Source: Neophaeotheca triangularis (taxonomy: Eukaryota). Taken from it: DNA of 63,429 nt. The translations under genes were made by a program, and so were the position numbers. The notes beneath the pieces are model-generated. The model was not told the origin of the DNA and searched no databases. It worked only from the letters and a program-made list of their open reading frames with translations. This document shows positions 13,888 to 25,949 of this stretch, piece by piece. Positions within the stretch are counted from its first letter, which is position 1, and the number at the start of each line of letters is the position of its first letter. The stretch covers positions 186,001 through 249,429 of the forward strand of contig BAAIJX010000033.1 of assembly GCA_054600435.1 (NCBI GenBank), in the 5' to 3' direction.

Positions 13888-16012
13888 CTAGTTCATCAAG
13901 CTAGCGACACTCATCCTGTCTCTCTTCTTACTCATGGATTCGTTCTCGGATGTGACTGAGTATGAGTGCACGCCGACAGCCATACTGAGCTTCCTCGGGC
14001 TCGCGTTGCTCTTAGCATCTTGAGGCGGAAGCGTATGCATCGGCTCGTGCGTCGGCGCATTGGATGCAAATCTCAACTTGCTGGAAGCATACGACGAATC
14101 CAAGCTCCCCGCCTTCTCGTCCTTGGCCTCGCCCGTCGATATGGTTGCCTTTGAGGCTGCGAATGTGTTCGTGAGCGCGTTGGATTTGGTAGCGTCGGAG
14201 CCCTTTGCGCCGACCTTCGGCTTCTTCGCCTTTGAAGCGGCGGGCTTGACGTATTTGACGTTGCTCTTCTTCGGTTGTGCTTTCTTGGAAGCCTTTCCGC
14301 CCTTTGCCGCCGTCTTGTTGGCCTTCGGCGCAGCAGCCTTCAATCTTTCGTTGATGGTAGGTGCCTTCTTCGACGGCGAAGAGCCTTTTTGCGACTTCGT
14401 GGGTGTGAGCAACCCAGCGTTGGAAACAGCGACGTCGATGTTGTCCTCTCGAGAGCTTTGCTCGATGCTGGTCGTGACGGAAGACTTCCTGCTTGGGGGC
14501 ATCGGGCTGAAGTCGGAGCTCAGCACGGGACTTGTACGCTCCAAGTGCTTGCGCGACGGAGTTGGTGGGGGGAAGCTGTTATTCTTATGTTCATCAGACG
14601 GCACGGCCAGAGGAGGGAGGTGGGCTGGTCCATCTTCACTCTTGCTAGGCAACCGAACCTCCATTCTCCTCGCCTCAGCCTTCTTCGCATCCTCGTCGCT
14701 GATGGCCGCAAAGCTGTCCGTGTCGTCCCAATGCCGCATAGCAGCGCGACTCGCGACCTCGTCGGAAGTCCCACGCACTACAATGTCCCAGCAATCCTCA
14801 AACTCCTTGCCGACTGGCGGGGGGTCGTTATTGATCCACACAGCCACCCCACCCCTGCGGTTCCGAACTACTCCACACATTTCTCTCACGATCCTACGGA
14901 CCCCAGGGACTTTCATGGTCGTACCCACAACAATAACGGCATCAGGTCGTTTGCGGAGATCGTCGCGGGTCACTGCGCCAATGGCCTCGTCATCCGGGTT
15001 GTGCTCGTTGTAGAGAACCATGCGCGGTCTTAGACGACCTATTCCATGACTCCTCTTGCCTTCGTGGTTTGTGCGGATGTCGTTAATCTCCTCACACGAC
15101 GAACACAATGGTGGAGTGGGGCCAGAGAATAAATCGGAATCAAAGTCGGAGATTTCGTGGCATTTCGAGCAGACCATTTTACTCAAACCGCCGTGTAGCT
15201 GAACGGTGCGCGGCCATTTCAAGCTTTCGCCCTTGCGCAGAGGAACGCTGGTACTTAGTGGATCGAGTGAAGTGTCGATCCCATCAACATTTTGCGAGTA
15301 GAGGCGCAACAGGCGATCCTCGCTCGCGATGGTGGCAAGCATATGATGGAATGCGGTCGGTTTGGCGTCTCGGGTCAGACGTGACATGGAGCTAACCATG
15401 CTGTGGAAGGAGGAAGTGGAGGTGTCATCCTTGTATACCGAAGCGTCAAAGAGATGCTTTCCGGAACCCTTGAGTTTGTGTTCTGATTTGAGGCTAGTGA
15501 AAAGACCAGTAGAAGAGCGAAAGTCGGGAACTGTTTTCACGTTTAGCACTCCCAAACACGATTGTTGTATGGGATGGTAGACAGTACTTACTGCCCGCGG
15601 AAACAGAAATGCCAGCTCCAGCGATAACGACTATCTTTTGACTCTTGTGCAGAACCTTCAACAGGCGGTCCAGCTGCAGCTGTTCATCTTGCAGCACCTT
15701 GTCCTGACTCAAATCGAGGTATTCCGTAGTTCTTTCGGTAGTGAGCCGCCGACGCTTAGCAGGCGGCGGACACTCTTGCGCACTGCCTGTAACGCGAGGC
15801 ATTTGGTCTGGAGCGGGACTGCCGTTTTGCGATGCGTCTTGAGAGGCTGGGGGAGACGGGTAGGGCGAGGACGCGATGTTGTCGCGAAATGGTCTCTTGC
15901 GGCATGCCGAAGGCGGAAGGTTGAGGTCAGGTGGAGGGGTTGGCGTGCTAGCTCGCGAGGACAGAGGGGAGGAGCCTAGCGACGTCAGGCTCGAAGCGTC
16001 GGAGAAGTCCAT
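13888..16012 (-). CDS. HST4: NAD-dependent sirtuin deacetylase, Hst4-type (intron 15531-15591)
   Basis: Spliced GAGISVSAGIPDFRSSTGLF; YSQNVDG, QLHGG, CSKC/CSSC zinc ribbon, GRLRPRMVLYNE, VGTTMKVPG; long low-complexity C-terminus. Confidence 0.9.
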
Positions 16013-16810
16013 GGTCGCGCGACGGGAAGGCGCGAGGCCTGCGCAGAAGGTGTGCGTTTGTACAACACGTCGCGCTCGATATATCCAGTACGTGACAATT
16101 GGGATGCGACGAAAAATACGCGTGGTCCGTCGCGCTCGTTCTACCTAGTTGGCGGTCGAGGGGCGAAAATTGTAAAGATGGCGCAGCCCTTGTCGACGTC
16201 GCGAGGCCGGGCGCAATAATGGTAGTCAATAGACGGACGACGATGGTAGCCGCATCGCTCTTGACCACAATAGAACGGACGAGTCCACAATGTTACCGTC
16301 GTAGAAGAGTAACGGACGCGACAACGACAATGGTGACGGCGCCGGCGCGAATAGCAATCGCGCAACAATGGTAAGGACGTGAGGTGAGGTGAGGTGGAGG
16401 TGGAGGTGGAGGGCAGACGGCGACGTCGGGTGTCGCACGGCTCGAGTCGAAGCTGCTGCAGAGAGAGCCGCCGTTAGGAGGTACAGCAGTTATTGTTGTC
16501 AAAACATTGCGCACGTGATCTCGATTTCTCCCTACCTCCCTCCGCATTCCTAAAACGGGGTGGAAGCTTGAAGGCATGAACATTATTACTAGGTGACCTC
16601 ATTCCTCGAACCGGCCCATACCGTACAGTATAGGTCACTGTGCATTTTATTTACTCATTTACTGGACAATACGCCCGCAATCAAGACTTCGACATCGGGG
16701 CTCATGCTATCTGGTCACATGATGGCCGTATAAGCCTACAACATCCTGCGTAACGGGAGACCTGGTGTAGGACCTTTGCCATTGCGAGCCTCATCACGGA
16801 AGCCACAAAT

Positions 16811-19700
16811 ATGGACAACTCCACCTTGACAGGCGGAAATCTCGACAATGCAAACCTCGTGGATCCTATGGAAGATCTGTTCGGGGATGCAGGGGATGAT
16901 ATCGCCGCGGACATGCCAGGCAGCCCCCAACATGCACTCCCTGCGCATTTAGTCCAGCGCGTGGCCGAAATGCAACGTACTGGATGTTGCACGTGAGTTC
17001 GTCACCACCGCATTACCTATGAAAGAATGTATATTGACTTGTACTAGCACGCTTGCATGGTCAAACTCAGGATTCGTCGCCCGGATCAGCGATGATGGGC
17101 GCAATGCAGCATTCAATACCATACGGAGGAGCCCAGAGACCGGCGAATGGCAACTTAGCGACTCCTCAACAGAGCCAGTGAGGGCGCCAATCAATGCCAA
17201 CTTTGTCCACCTCCAATGGAGCTCTTCAGGTATTGAATTGGCCCTGGTCGACAGCCAAGGTATGGTTCACTACCGCGTCTTGTCTGCTCCATTAGGTCGC
17301 ATGGTTCAGGCTTCCTTCCCAGAACAAAATCTGCAAACCGACGCTGGTGATGTTATTGGTATGCACTGGCTGAGTGTGTATCCTACCGAGTTCAGAGTAA
17401 GTAACGCACCGAATCTGGACATTATTCTGCGGCCTAACCGGGAACCTACAGGCGCCCATCATTTCTCCAATCACTAAAAGGGAGAAAACATGGCATTCGA
17501 CCATGTCAGCTCGAGACGCCAGTGGCGCCAAGGTTCATCATCCTGTCGATGGACGCAGCGCCTTTCTGTGGCTTAGTAGCTACATGACACTCACGTTGGC
17601 GTATCAACAGGTAGGTGATGGCTGGCACAAGAATGAAGTCAGTGTAGAGGCTGTCACTTCTTCCGAAGAGACCTGTACACATGCCGCCTTTTGTGCCAAT
17701 GCAGGAGATCTTCTTCTCGCTACCGTGGATCAAGGTACCAACCTGAGGCTGCACAAGGTCACTGTACAATGGAACCTCTCACAGATCACGAAGCCCCAGG
17801 GTACCCTGAACATCGTACAACCCAGCATCGAGATTCGTCGACTCGCTGGAGCCGAACGGATCGAGCCTCAGCAAGGAGACACGGCTCGTCTGAGTATACT
17901 AAAGCTGCTACCACCCGCTGCCCATGGTGACACACAGACCCAGGGCAGTCTGCCAACCATCATGGCCGTGTTCTCCCACGCTTCGGTCTCCACGAACATT
18001 AGCTCAAACCAAAGAAACGCCATGAGCGTGATAGCAAGATGGAATATAGAGTCTGTCGCATCTAATCTCCACGACAGCTTCAGCAAACTAAAAACCAGCG
18101 CTGAGGCATCGCTCCCACTTCAGTCAAAGACAGTCTTGCGTCGCCAACAGGACATCGTTACCCCCAAGATCATCCTTTCGGTGGATTCCCAGATCACCGA
18201 TACGGACCTAGCCTTCAGTGCGAGTGATGGCACGGTCGACTTTCGAGAACGCTCAACATTCAACAGCATCGTCTACTATGGCGACACTACATTCGTCAGT
18301 AACCTCCCGCAAACAGGCTTCGAACACACCCCAGTTGGTCACGCACTCGCTGTTGCGCCCTCGCCCGGAGGCAGTGCAGTAGTCTACCAGCCACCGGGCA
18401 AAGAGATACAGGTCAAATTCATGACCCTCAGCTATGGCTGGCAACCCATGTATGATGGTTTGAACGATCCGGACAGTCTCATTGAGGCCGCAATCGTCTG
18501 TGTTGCACGTCAATATGCTGTACTTGCAAACCACAACCACTCCACAGATGAGGTGCTGGCACTTCTACCGACTGGCTTGAGTCGAGAACAAAAGCAAGCA
18601 TTTGACAAGCACATCGTCCTGATCATGGCTCGCAACCCGGACATCAGTATGCTACCTTTCGATAAGCAAAAGATGCTTGCAATGAAGGAGCCCCTTCTGC
18701 CACGGGCGCAGAGTGCGCAATTGGCATTGCATGACAATCTAGATTCCGGGGAGCGCCAAATGCAAGGAAAAGTGTCTTGGTGCCTGCTGAACCTTAGGGC
18801 GGCGTGTTCAGCGTTATTTTGTGTACGGCAAGGCCAGGAAGCAAACCATGCTGGCTTCACAGGTAGGCTCTGACTTGGTAGTTTCGACTGCTTGCTCGAC
18901 AGGAAAGCTAATCAGGAACCGCAGGGACCATGTCTTCGTTGCGTGGCGTCGCTCACTGGGGGCTGGATATGCTATTGTTCGTGGTAGACTCGCTCCTCGC
19001 CTTCACTCGGACCCTCAAAGACGTCGCGTCGGTACAAGAAGCAGGGCAGCGACACCTAGACACGACACACGATCCAGCCATTATCCTTGTCCTTTCCTCG
19101 TACCCCAGAATCTTTCTCAAGCTGCTATCGCAATTGCTCCAACATTATTTGAGGTGTCTGCCGCACGCGATGCAGCGTGCTAGCACCGTCCTCGAGCGAC
19201 ATGAAATGGCTGATATCTACGACTACTTTACGAACCGAGTACCTGTCAAGTTGACTGCTGTTGACTCAATTATTTCCGACGCGGACAACGCGGTGCGGTC
19301 GACTTTCCAAGAGCAGCAATTGTCCGATCAGCGGCGGCGGGAGATTGAGTTGAGATTGATCTGTCACGCACAGATTGCGCCAGAGCTATCTTCTGTGCTC
19401 GAAAGACTAGTCCAGACAGCCTTGCCGAGTGTGAGCGATGTCATTGACGCTGGTGGACTGTACTTCACCGACACGACCTGGCTCGGCATCCATTCCAGCC
19501 AAGGGAATAAAAAGCATGGGCAGGCTCTCGATATCATAACGAAACTACCAATCAGCGCCGGGGTGCAGCCTCGACAATGTCGGCGGTGCGGTAGCGTCAC
19601 TGAGGCTCTTAGCGCTGAGAAGATGAACAAGGGCATAGCAAGCTGGCTTCACGTTGCAAAGAGACACTGCATCTGTGGTAACTACTGGACCCTCCCGTGA
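16811..19700 (+). CDS. MED16: Mediator complex subunit Med16/Sin4 (about 4 exons)
   Basis: N-terminal MEDLFGD..GCC|LAWSNSG WD-like region; C-terminal RQCRRCG...RHCICGNYW; ORFs 16811, 17019, 17503 and 18930 linked by GT-AG introns. Confidence 0.85.
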
Positions 19701-20110
19701 GTAGAGGCCAGTCTTCTGCTTCGAGGACAGACCAGATCGGGGCAGCCAGGGTGGCATTCCCTGGGCCCTAGCCCTGGAGAGAGTCGTGAGACGCTTCGCC
19801 GACCTCACTATCTTGTCGCCAGACTTCTCCGCCAGGGATCAACGAGAATGACATGCGTCACTTTCATCCTTCCACTTCGGATACGGGAAAAGAAGCAACT
19901 CGGCATCTGCAGCATTGCCTTCAGTGCATGTACACCTCCGTCTCACATCCACATGGATACTGAAGAAGTGTGCAGAGCTCTCCGCTTCAAGCCTGCCGTA
20001 CGCGAGAAGCGAGAAAAGAGCATGTACGATAGAAGCTGTATATTTGGATAGACTCACTGCATCATTATTCTCGTCATAAAGTCGCCCTCTGCACACCAAG
20101 CATGCTTTCT

Positions 20111-20441
20111 CTATTCGCTCTTAGACTTCTTTCCCTCCTCTTCCATTCCCTCACACCCTGCAGCCTTGCCCGCCAACTCTTCAGCCTTGCCCATACCATC
20201 TCTCTGGGGATCCCTGTTCTCGGAAGCTTGCTTCATCGCGTCGATGCCCTGCGACTTGTCCTGCTCGCCGGAAGACGTCCACGGCTCGGATCCGGTGACT
20301 GAACCGATGGTCTCCTGCTCATACTGTCAGTTACAATTTCCACGCGATCAAGGTTTAGCAGGTTCGTCGTACCTCTGCGGCGCCCTTGACGTATTGAGCA
20401 TGGCCGCCTATCAATGAGGGGTTTTGTTGGTCGGAAGACAT
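20111..20441 (-). CDS. Small hydrophilic CsbD-like protein, 90 aa (intron 20315-20372); not in ORF track
   Basis: Manual splice gives MSSDQQNPSLIGGHAQYVKGAAE|ETIGSVTGSEPWTSSGEQDKSQGIDAMKQASENRDPQRDGMGKAEELAGKAAGCEGMEEEGKKSKSE*; start context acaATGt; canonical splice sites; upstream TATAAA-like element. Confidence 0.82.
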
Positions 20442-21128
20442 TGTTGTGGTTGCTGTTTCGTACTGCTTCGGAAGGTATACGGCTACGGATCAAAGAGACT
20501 GATTCGATCGAGCGCTGTGGTGTTGGTATGATAAATGTAGTTTGAGAACAGAAACTCTTTGCCTGACTTCTACACACCCAGAGACATCCCGTCACCTTTG
20601 GCCCTCTTGACGTCAGCTGTACATCGTTGCCCTACGTCTGAGCTCCGAGGTCTGCCCCGCTGCCCACCGCGCTGATCACGCTGCTGTCCTGAGGTATCCA
20701 AGATTGCGATCAATCCACCCGTCCAACACTCAACAATAATTAATTGCCTCCCCCAGAGCAGTGCTAAGAAGCGAGTCGGCGCCTTCAGCAGCTGGACATA
20801 CGATGCCTCGTCTCGAGGCATGACAAAAGGGTGATTGTTCTTTTAGCCGCGGATTACCGGTGATGTTCGTCCCGTGAGCAGGATAAGTAACCGCATTGAG
20901 GCGTTCCGACCTCGACCAACACGCGACATGCACGCCTCTCGCCAACTGCAAGACGGTAGCAGCTTTCTCAGCTCCTTGAGCGGGGTCATGTATACTGCCT
21001 CCCTAACTTTTAGCGACTTTCTGTCGCTTGGTATGAAAGCTGGCACATATTAATTGAAACCGTCACCACTGCAAGGTTGGTCGTTTCGTATCCCCCCTCT
21101 CTCCTTGTTCCAGCCTCGCAATCACATC

Positions 21129-22898
21129 ATGTCGACCAAGCACTTCTTCCCCGATACTTCAGGTCTAGTGGTTCTCGGACTCGAATCTATAGTCGCGAGG
21201 AACAATCATCTGGCCCTTGACGCTGCCAACAAGGTGGTCTGGTCAAAGACACATTCGCGCTCGAAAGTCTCCGTCCTCTCCGGCGGTGGAGCAGGACACG
21301 AACCGTCATGGTCTGGTTTCGTCGGAGACGGGATGCTCGCGGCATCCATCAGCGGCGAGGTCTTTGCGAGCCCGTCTGCTAAGCAGGTCATGGCTGCTAT
21401 CGAGCGTGCTCCGAGTGATAAGGGAACTATTTTGTGCATCACTAATTACACTGGAGACAATTTGCACTTTGGACTGGCGAGGGAGAAGGCAGCTGGTATG
21501 GGCCACAAGATTGCCATTCTCCGGATGACGGACGACGTTGCTTTAGGCAGAAAGCAGACCGAGAACCTTGGACCCCGGGGTCTTGCGGGCAATTCATTTG
21601 TGCTCAAGCTATGTGGTGCCGCTGCAGAGGAGGACTATGATTTCGAGGACTGCATGAAGATAGGAACCGCGGTAAACGCAAACTGCAGCACAGTCGCGTC
21701 TTCTGTGGACTACTGTCATATTCCCGGCAGGGAGCATCATCGCGAAATTCCCGCGAATCACTATGCAGTAGGGGTAGGGATACACAACGAACCAGGAAAG
21801 GAAGAGAAGAAGATGGTTGCTCCAGATGAACTCGTGAAGGAAATGTTGACGTATTGTCTGGACCCGAGCGATGAAGACCGGGCTTTCGTCTCTTTCAAGG
21901 CCGGCGATGAGGTCGTTCTGCTCGTCAACAACATGGGCGGGGTGTCCAACCTTGAGCTTGAAGCGTTGGCCACGATTGCTCGGAGGGGACTGGACCGAGA
22001 CTGGCAAATCCAACCAACGAGAGCCTTTACGCAATGTTTCGAAACTTCGTTGAATGCCCCCGGGTGGTCCATCTCGTTGCTCAACGTCTCAGGCATCAGC
22101 AGGGATACAGAATTGCCGGTCGATACCCTATTGTGGCTTCTCGACAGAGAGACAACGGCTCAAGCGTGGCCGAGAAACGGCTCCCGAGGTATCAAGGAGT
22201 CGCCATCAGGGGTGGAAACAGCGAGCCAAGGTGCAAAGAGCACTTTGGGTGGCAAAGGGCCGTCGTTTGACGAACGCAAGATCGAGCCGGCTCTTCGTAG
22301 AGCGTGCAACGAAACCATCAAGATGGAGCCACTCATCACAAAATGGGACAACCAAATGGGCGACGGAGATTGCGGGGAGGCTGTTGTGGGCATGTGCTCA
22401 GGGGTATTGGAGAAAATCGACAATGGCCTGCTCAAAGACAACGCGCTGTTCTCTGTCTTGGATGAGTTTGGCGAGGCAATCGAGGAAATTGGTGGCACAT
22501 TGGGCGCCATCATCAGTATAGTGGTTGCTGGGTTCACGTCGGGTTTACGGCAGGCTTACGCGAGCAACCCCGACACCTTCACTTTGAATCAGCAGGCGAC
22601 GAGCCGGGCGATTGCTGCAGCCATCGCAAATCTAAAGGGCTACACCAGTGCGAGAAAGGGTGGACGCACCGTCATGGACACTCTGATACCGTTTTCCGAG
22701 ACCTTCGAAAAGACTGCAGATTTTGGCAAAGCCGTCGAAGCTGCGCGCAAAGGCGCAGACAGTACTGCTGGTATGAGTGCGAAATTCGGTCGAGCGACCT
22801 ATGTCAATCAGGAGGAAGTGCCTGACGACCCTCCGGATCCGGGCGCGATGGCAGCGGCCATTTTCCTCGAGGGTTTGCTGGATGAGCTAGGCCAGTAG
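21129..22898 (+). CDS. DAK: Dihydroxyacetone kinase family (DAK1+DAK2 domains)
   Basis: GGGAGHEP, GEVFASPS, NYTGDNLHFG, GIHNEPG, GDGDCG, GGRTVMDTL, FGRATYV, DPGA. Confidence 0.93.
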   Translation: MSTKHFFPDTSGLVVLGLESIVARNNHLALDAANKVVWSKTHSRSKVSVLSGGGAGHEPSWSGFVGDGMLAASISGEVFASPSAKQVMAAIERAPSDKGTILCITNYTGDNLHFGLAREKAAGMGHKIAILRMTDDVALGRKQTENLGPRGLAGNSFVLKLCGAAAEEDYDFEDCMKIGTAVNANCSTVASSVDYCHIPGREHHREIPANHYAVGVGIHNEPGKEEKKMVAPDELVKEMLTYCLDPSDEDRAFVSFKAGDEVVLLVNNMGGVSNLELEALATIARRGLDRDWQIQPTRAFTQCFETSLNAPGWSISLLNVSGISRDTELPVDTLLWLLDRETTAQAWPRNGSRGIKESPSGVETASQGAKSTLGGKGPSFDERKIEPALRRACNETIKMEPLITKWDNQMGDGDCGEAVVGMCSGVLEKIDNGLLKDNALFSVLDEFGEAIEEIGGTLGAIISIVVAGFTSGLRQAYASNPDTFTLNQQATSRAIAAAIANLKGYTSARKGGRTVMDTLIPFSETFEKTADFGKAVEAARKGADSTAGMSAKFGRATYVNQEEVPDDPPDPGAMAAAIFLEGLLDELGQ

Positions 22899-23356
22899 AG
22901 CCCATTTCGCCGGACCTGGCTGCTCTTATGCCGTCGCTGCTGCCCGTGTGCTGCTTCATTGAGCTGGGACTTGAGGCATGGCCAATTCCATCGACAACAG
23001 GTTGGACGGAAGCAGACAGAGGTGCCGGTTTCTTCAAAAGTCCTGGTCACTCCGTTAACGGCGTGTAGCACATTTCCGTGGGGGTAGGTGGGCAACTATA
23101 GTGGCCGTGAGTGGCCCACCAGTGCCTTCTCCTCCTACCCCACATATAAGGATACCAAGTTGCGGGGTAAGGTATGCCAGACTCAGAGGTATAGGTAGCT
23201 GCCCGTAATGTAGTCCGCAACTGTTCCTGGTAGCTTGAGATTTCACTTCTTCATTGACATTTTCCCTCTATCTACCGTTGACTTGCGCTGCTCGTTTTTC
23301 AGTGCATCGTTGCGACTAGATCTCAACCCGAAAGCATACGTTTAGCAGCTATCAAC

Positions 23357-24212
23357 ATGTCCAAAAGACTGGAAGGCAAGGTTGCCATTATTACGGGCGG
23401 AGCTGGTGGGTTCGGCAAAGGAATTGCGACCAAGTTCATTGAAGATGGTGCGAAGGTCGTCATTGCCGACTTCGTGTCGGATGTGGGAGAGAAAACTGCA
23501 GGAGAATTGAGCTGCGACTTTGTCAAATGCGACGTGACGAAACGAGCCGACTGGGAGTCGCTGCTAAAGGTCGTCGACGAGAAGCATGGCAAGGTCGATT
23601 GCATTGTAAACAACGCAGGCACCTCTTACCGCAACAAGGTATGAGTATTGGGACATCATCATCCACGTCTCAGCGCTGACCGATCTAGCCATCAAGCGAA
23701 GTCGAGGACGAAGACTTCGACAAAGTCATGGACGTCAACTGCCGGTCCATCTTCTATTCGGCAAAGGTCTTTGTGCCTTATATGCAGGAGAGGGGAAACG
23801 GCGGCACTTTCATCCAGATCTCATCGACGGCTGGATTAAGACCCCGACCTGGGCTCACGTGGTATAGCGCGAGCAAGGCGGCTGTTTCCTGCGCGAGCAA
23901 ATCCATGGCAGTTGAATACGCCAAGGACAACATCCGGTTCAACAGCATTTGCCCGGTGGTTGGTTTAGGGACAGGCTTGTGAGTACCTCGATCAAGTTTC
24001 TCAATGCTGTAGTAGCTGAAGCTAACGTTCATGGAAGAACCGATATGTTTCTTGGAAAGCCTGAGAATGAGAAACCGTTCATTGCAACAGTTCCTCTCGG
24101 CAGGGGGTCTACTCCAGCAGACATTGGCAATGCTTGCGCATTTCTCGCCAGCAATGAGGCTGAATTCTTAACAGGCATTGATTTGCCCGTTGACGGTGGC
24201 CGTTGCGTGTAG
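23357..24212 (+). CDS. Short-chain dehydrogenase/reductase (3 exons)
   Basis: TGGAGGFG, NNAG, ISSTAG..RPRPGLTWYSASK, VDGGR; introns about 23639-23688 and 23979-24037. Confidence 0.9.
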
Positions 24213-25015
24213 CTTTCGGCTTCGTTTGATTTCCGGAACTCGAAAGCTCGTCCGTCGTGGTCCAGAAGTGGATAATTCTTGCGGACGATTACTCCTCTCC
24301 GTCGATGATGAGAGAAGCGGGGCAGGATGGCCAATGTTCAAGGATTAAAAATGCCATCAGATTCAAGGCCATGTATACAAGGCTAACCAAAAATCTTCTG
24401 CCACCCGTCAAAGCCAGCCAAGGTACATTGTGAAGAGTCCGAACCTATGAGAAATACGTGTTCCCTCACGCTCCCGGAATCCCGAGGTCGTATGCCTCTT
24501 TTCCTCTTTCTGTTCACTCGCTCTGCTTACCAGAAAGCATATTGCAGGTCCAAGACAGGTCCAAGCAAGCGTGAAAGGCACCTCCATGTAGTGGAATAGG
24601 TTGCAGCACGATTGCAACTTCATGAAAAACAATTCCAGGTTCTAATGACCGTGCTTCAGCTCGTGACTGTGATGCAGATAACGCGTGGATTTGTGAGGCA
24701 TTGGCAAATATACCTTGCGAATGTTAGTCAAGGAACCGATAGGGCTCTCCTCGCGAGGCGAGAAGGTCTTCCCAGCTGTACCTCATGCCGGAATTACGAT
24801 CAAAAAGGCTGTCCGGAAGGCCGAGGGGCCACGGCCCAGGTGGTTGCATTGCTATGTAGGCAACACCCAGGTGGAAGGGGCCGCTCGACGTTCGCGCATG
24901 AACACCAGTCGCAGCTGCAGGCCCACGGCAGCCCAATGCCGGCCGATATGCGAGAAGAAACAAGGCGTCTGTCCAATCCGTTGGCCGTTGACGACAGAAA
25001 CCCGTGCTTTTGTCA

Positions 25016-25237
25016 TGATAAGCAAGCGAACAGCGTCTTGGGGAAGACCCCTGCGACGGCGGCTTGTCGGGCTCGCGCAGGGTCAACTCATGTCCTGTGC
25101 CGATTCCCCTATCAGCGTTACTGCCAGGGTAGAAGGAGGTATTTCTCAAAGGGGTGCATTGTCCAAAGAACGATGATTGTTATCACTTCTTTGCCTATGC
25201 CCCCTTCCTCCCTTGACCTGTGGCTTATCGCCTTATC
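25016..25237. promoter_or_regulatory. HGATAR (AreA/NIT2-type) sites upstream of ammonium transporter
   Basis: TGATAAG at about 25016; TTATC at about 25181; tandem CTTATC at 25224 and 25232. Confidence 0.5.
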
Positions 25238-25747
25238 AAAGCCCACCCGCGTTCAGCGGTTTCAACTTTCTCGCTTCCGCGCACGAGGCGAGCTGCGTTA
25301 GCGTGACAGCATGCTGGACGACACTCCTTACTTGGCACTTCTTCCACCACATATCAACCATTGTAAGCTACTACCGGTATGTTGCAACCTATGGCTGGCC
25401 TGAATTCGCTCGCTAGAGAGAAAGGATGCGTTCGACATTCCTGTCGCCGAGCTCCTCGATCATGCTTGCTGGGTCGTCCACGCCGCAGGGGATTTATTGC
25501 TTCTTCGTGAGTGGCGTTGGTAAACCCAAGAATACCTACTTCAATGTCGCTTGACCGATCGGGTTTCATACTGCACTCCATGTCTAATACGGAACCGCTC
25601 CCAACTGCCCTTGCTCCCAATTACTTCTTTTGTCTCTGTCAACGTGTTTGAGGGCCCATTGCTGCCATGGCATATCGTACTCGGTCGTAGGTCTAGGCCA
25701 ATCTTATGTGGGCGGCGCATCGTGTTTCATTGCCCAATCCTCGATTG

Positions 25748-25777
25748 CACCTCACCTCACCTCACCTCACCTCACCT
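25748..25777. repeat. (CACCT)6 pentanucleotide repeat in ammonium transporter promoter/5' UTR
   Basis: Seen directly; a related (GAGGT)n run lies at about 16381-16410 upstream of HST4. Confidence 0.85.
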
Positions 25778-25949
25778 ATCTTCTGCCCCAAGCTCGGACC
25801 TGGAGCCCCGCGCACCGCATTTCGAGGCTATCTACATTAGTGGTTCCGCACCACTCATAACCTGCTTCATCGCGCCGTACCTCACCAGTTCTGTATTCGA
25901 CCGATCAACATCCCACCAACCTCAACTCCACCGCAGGGCTCCCGTAGCC

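Noticed and set aside
24612..25301. 229-aa and overlapping ORFs upstream of the Mep gene
   Set aside because: Non-ATG starts, no motifs; region is better explained as the GATA-containing promoter
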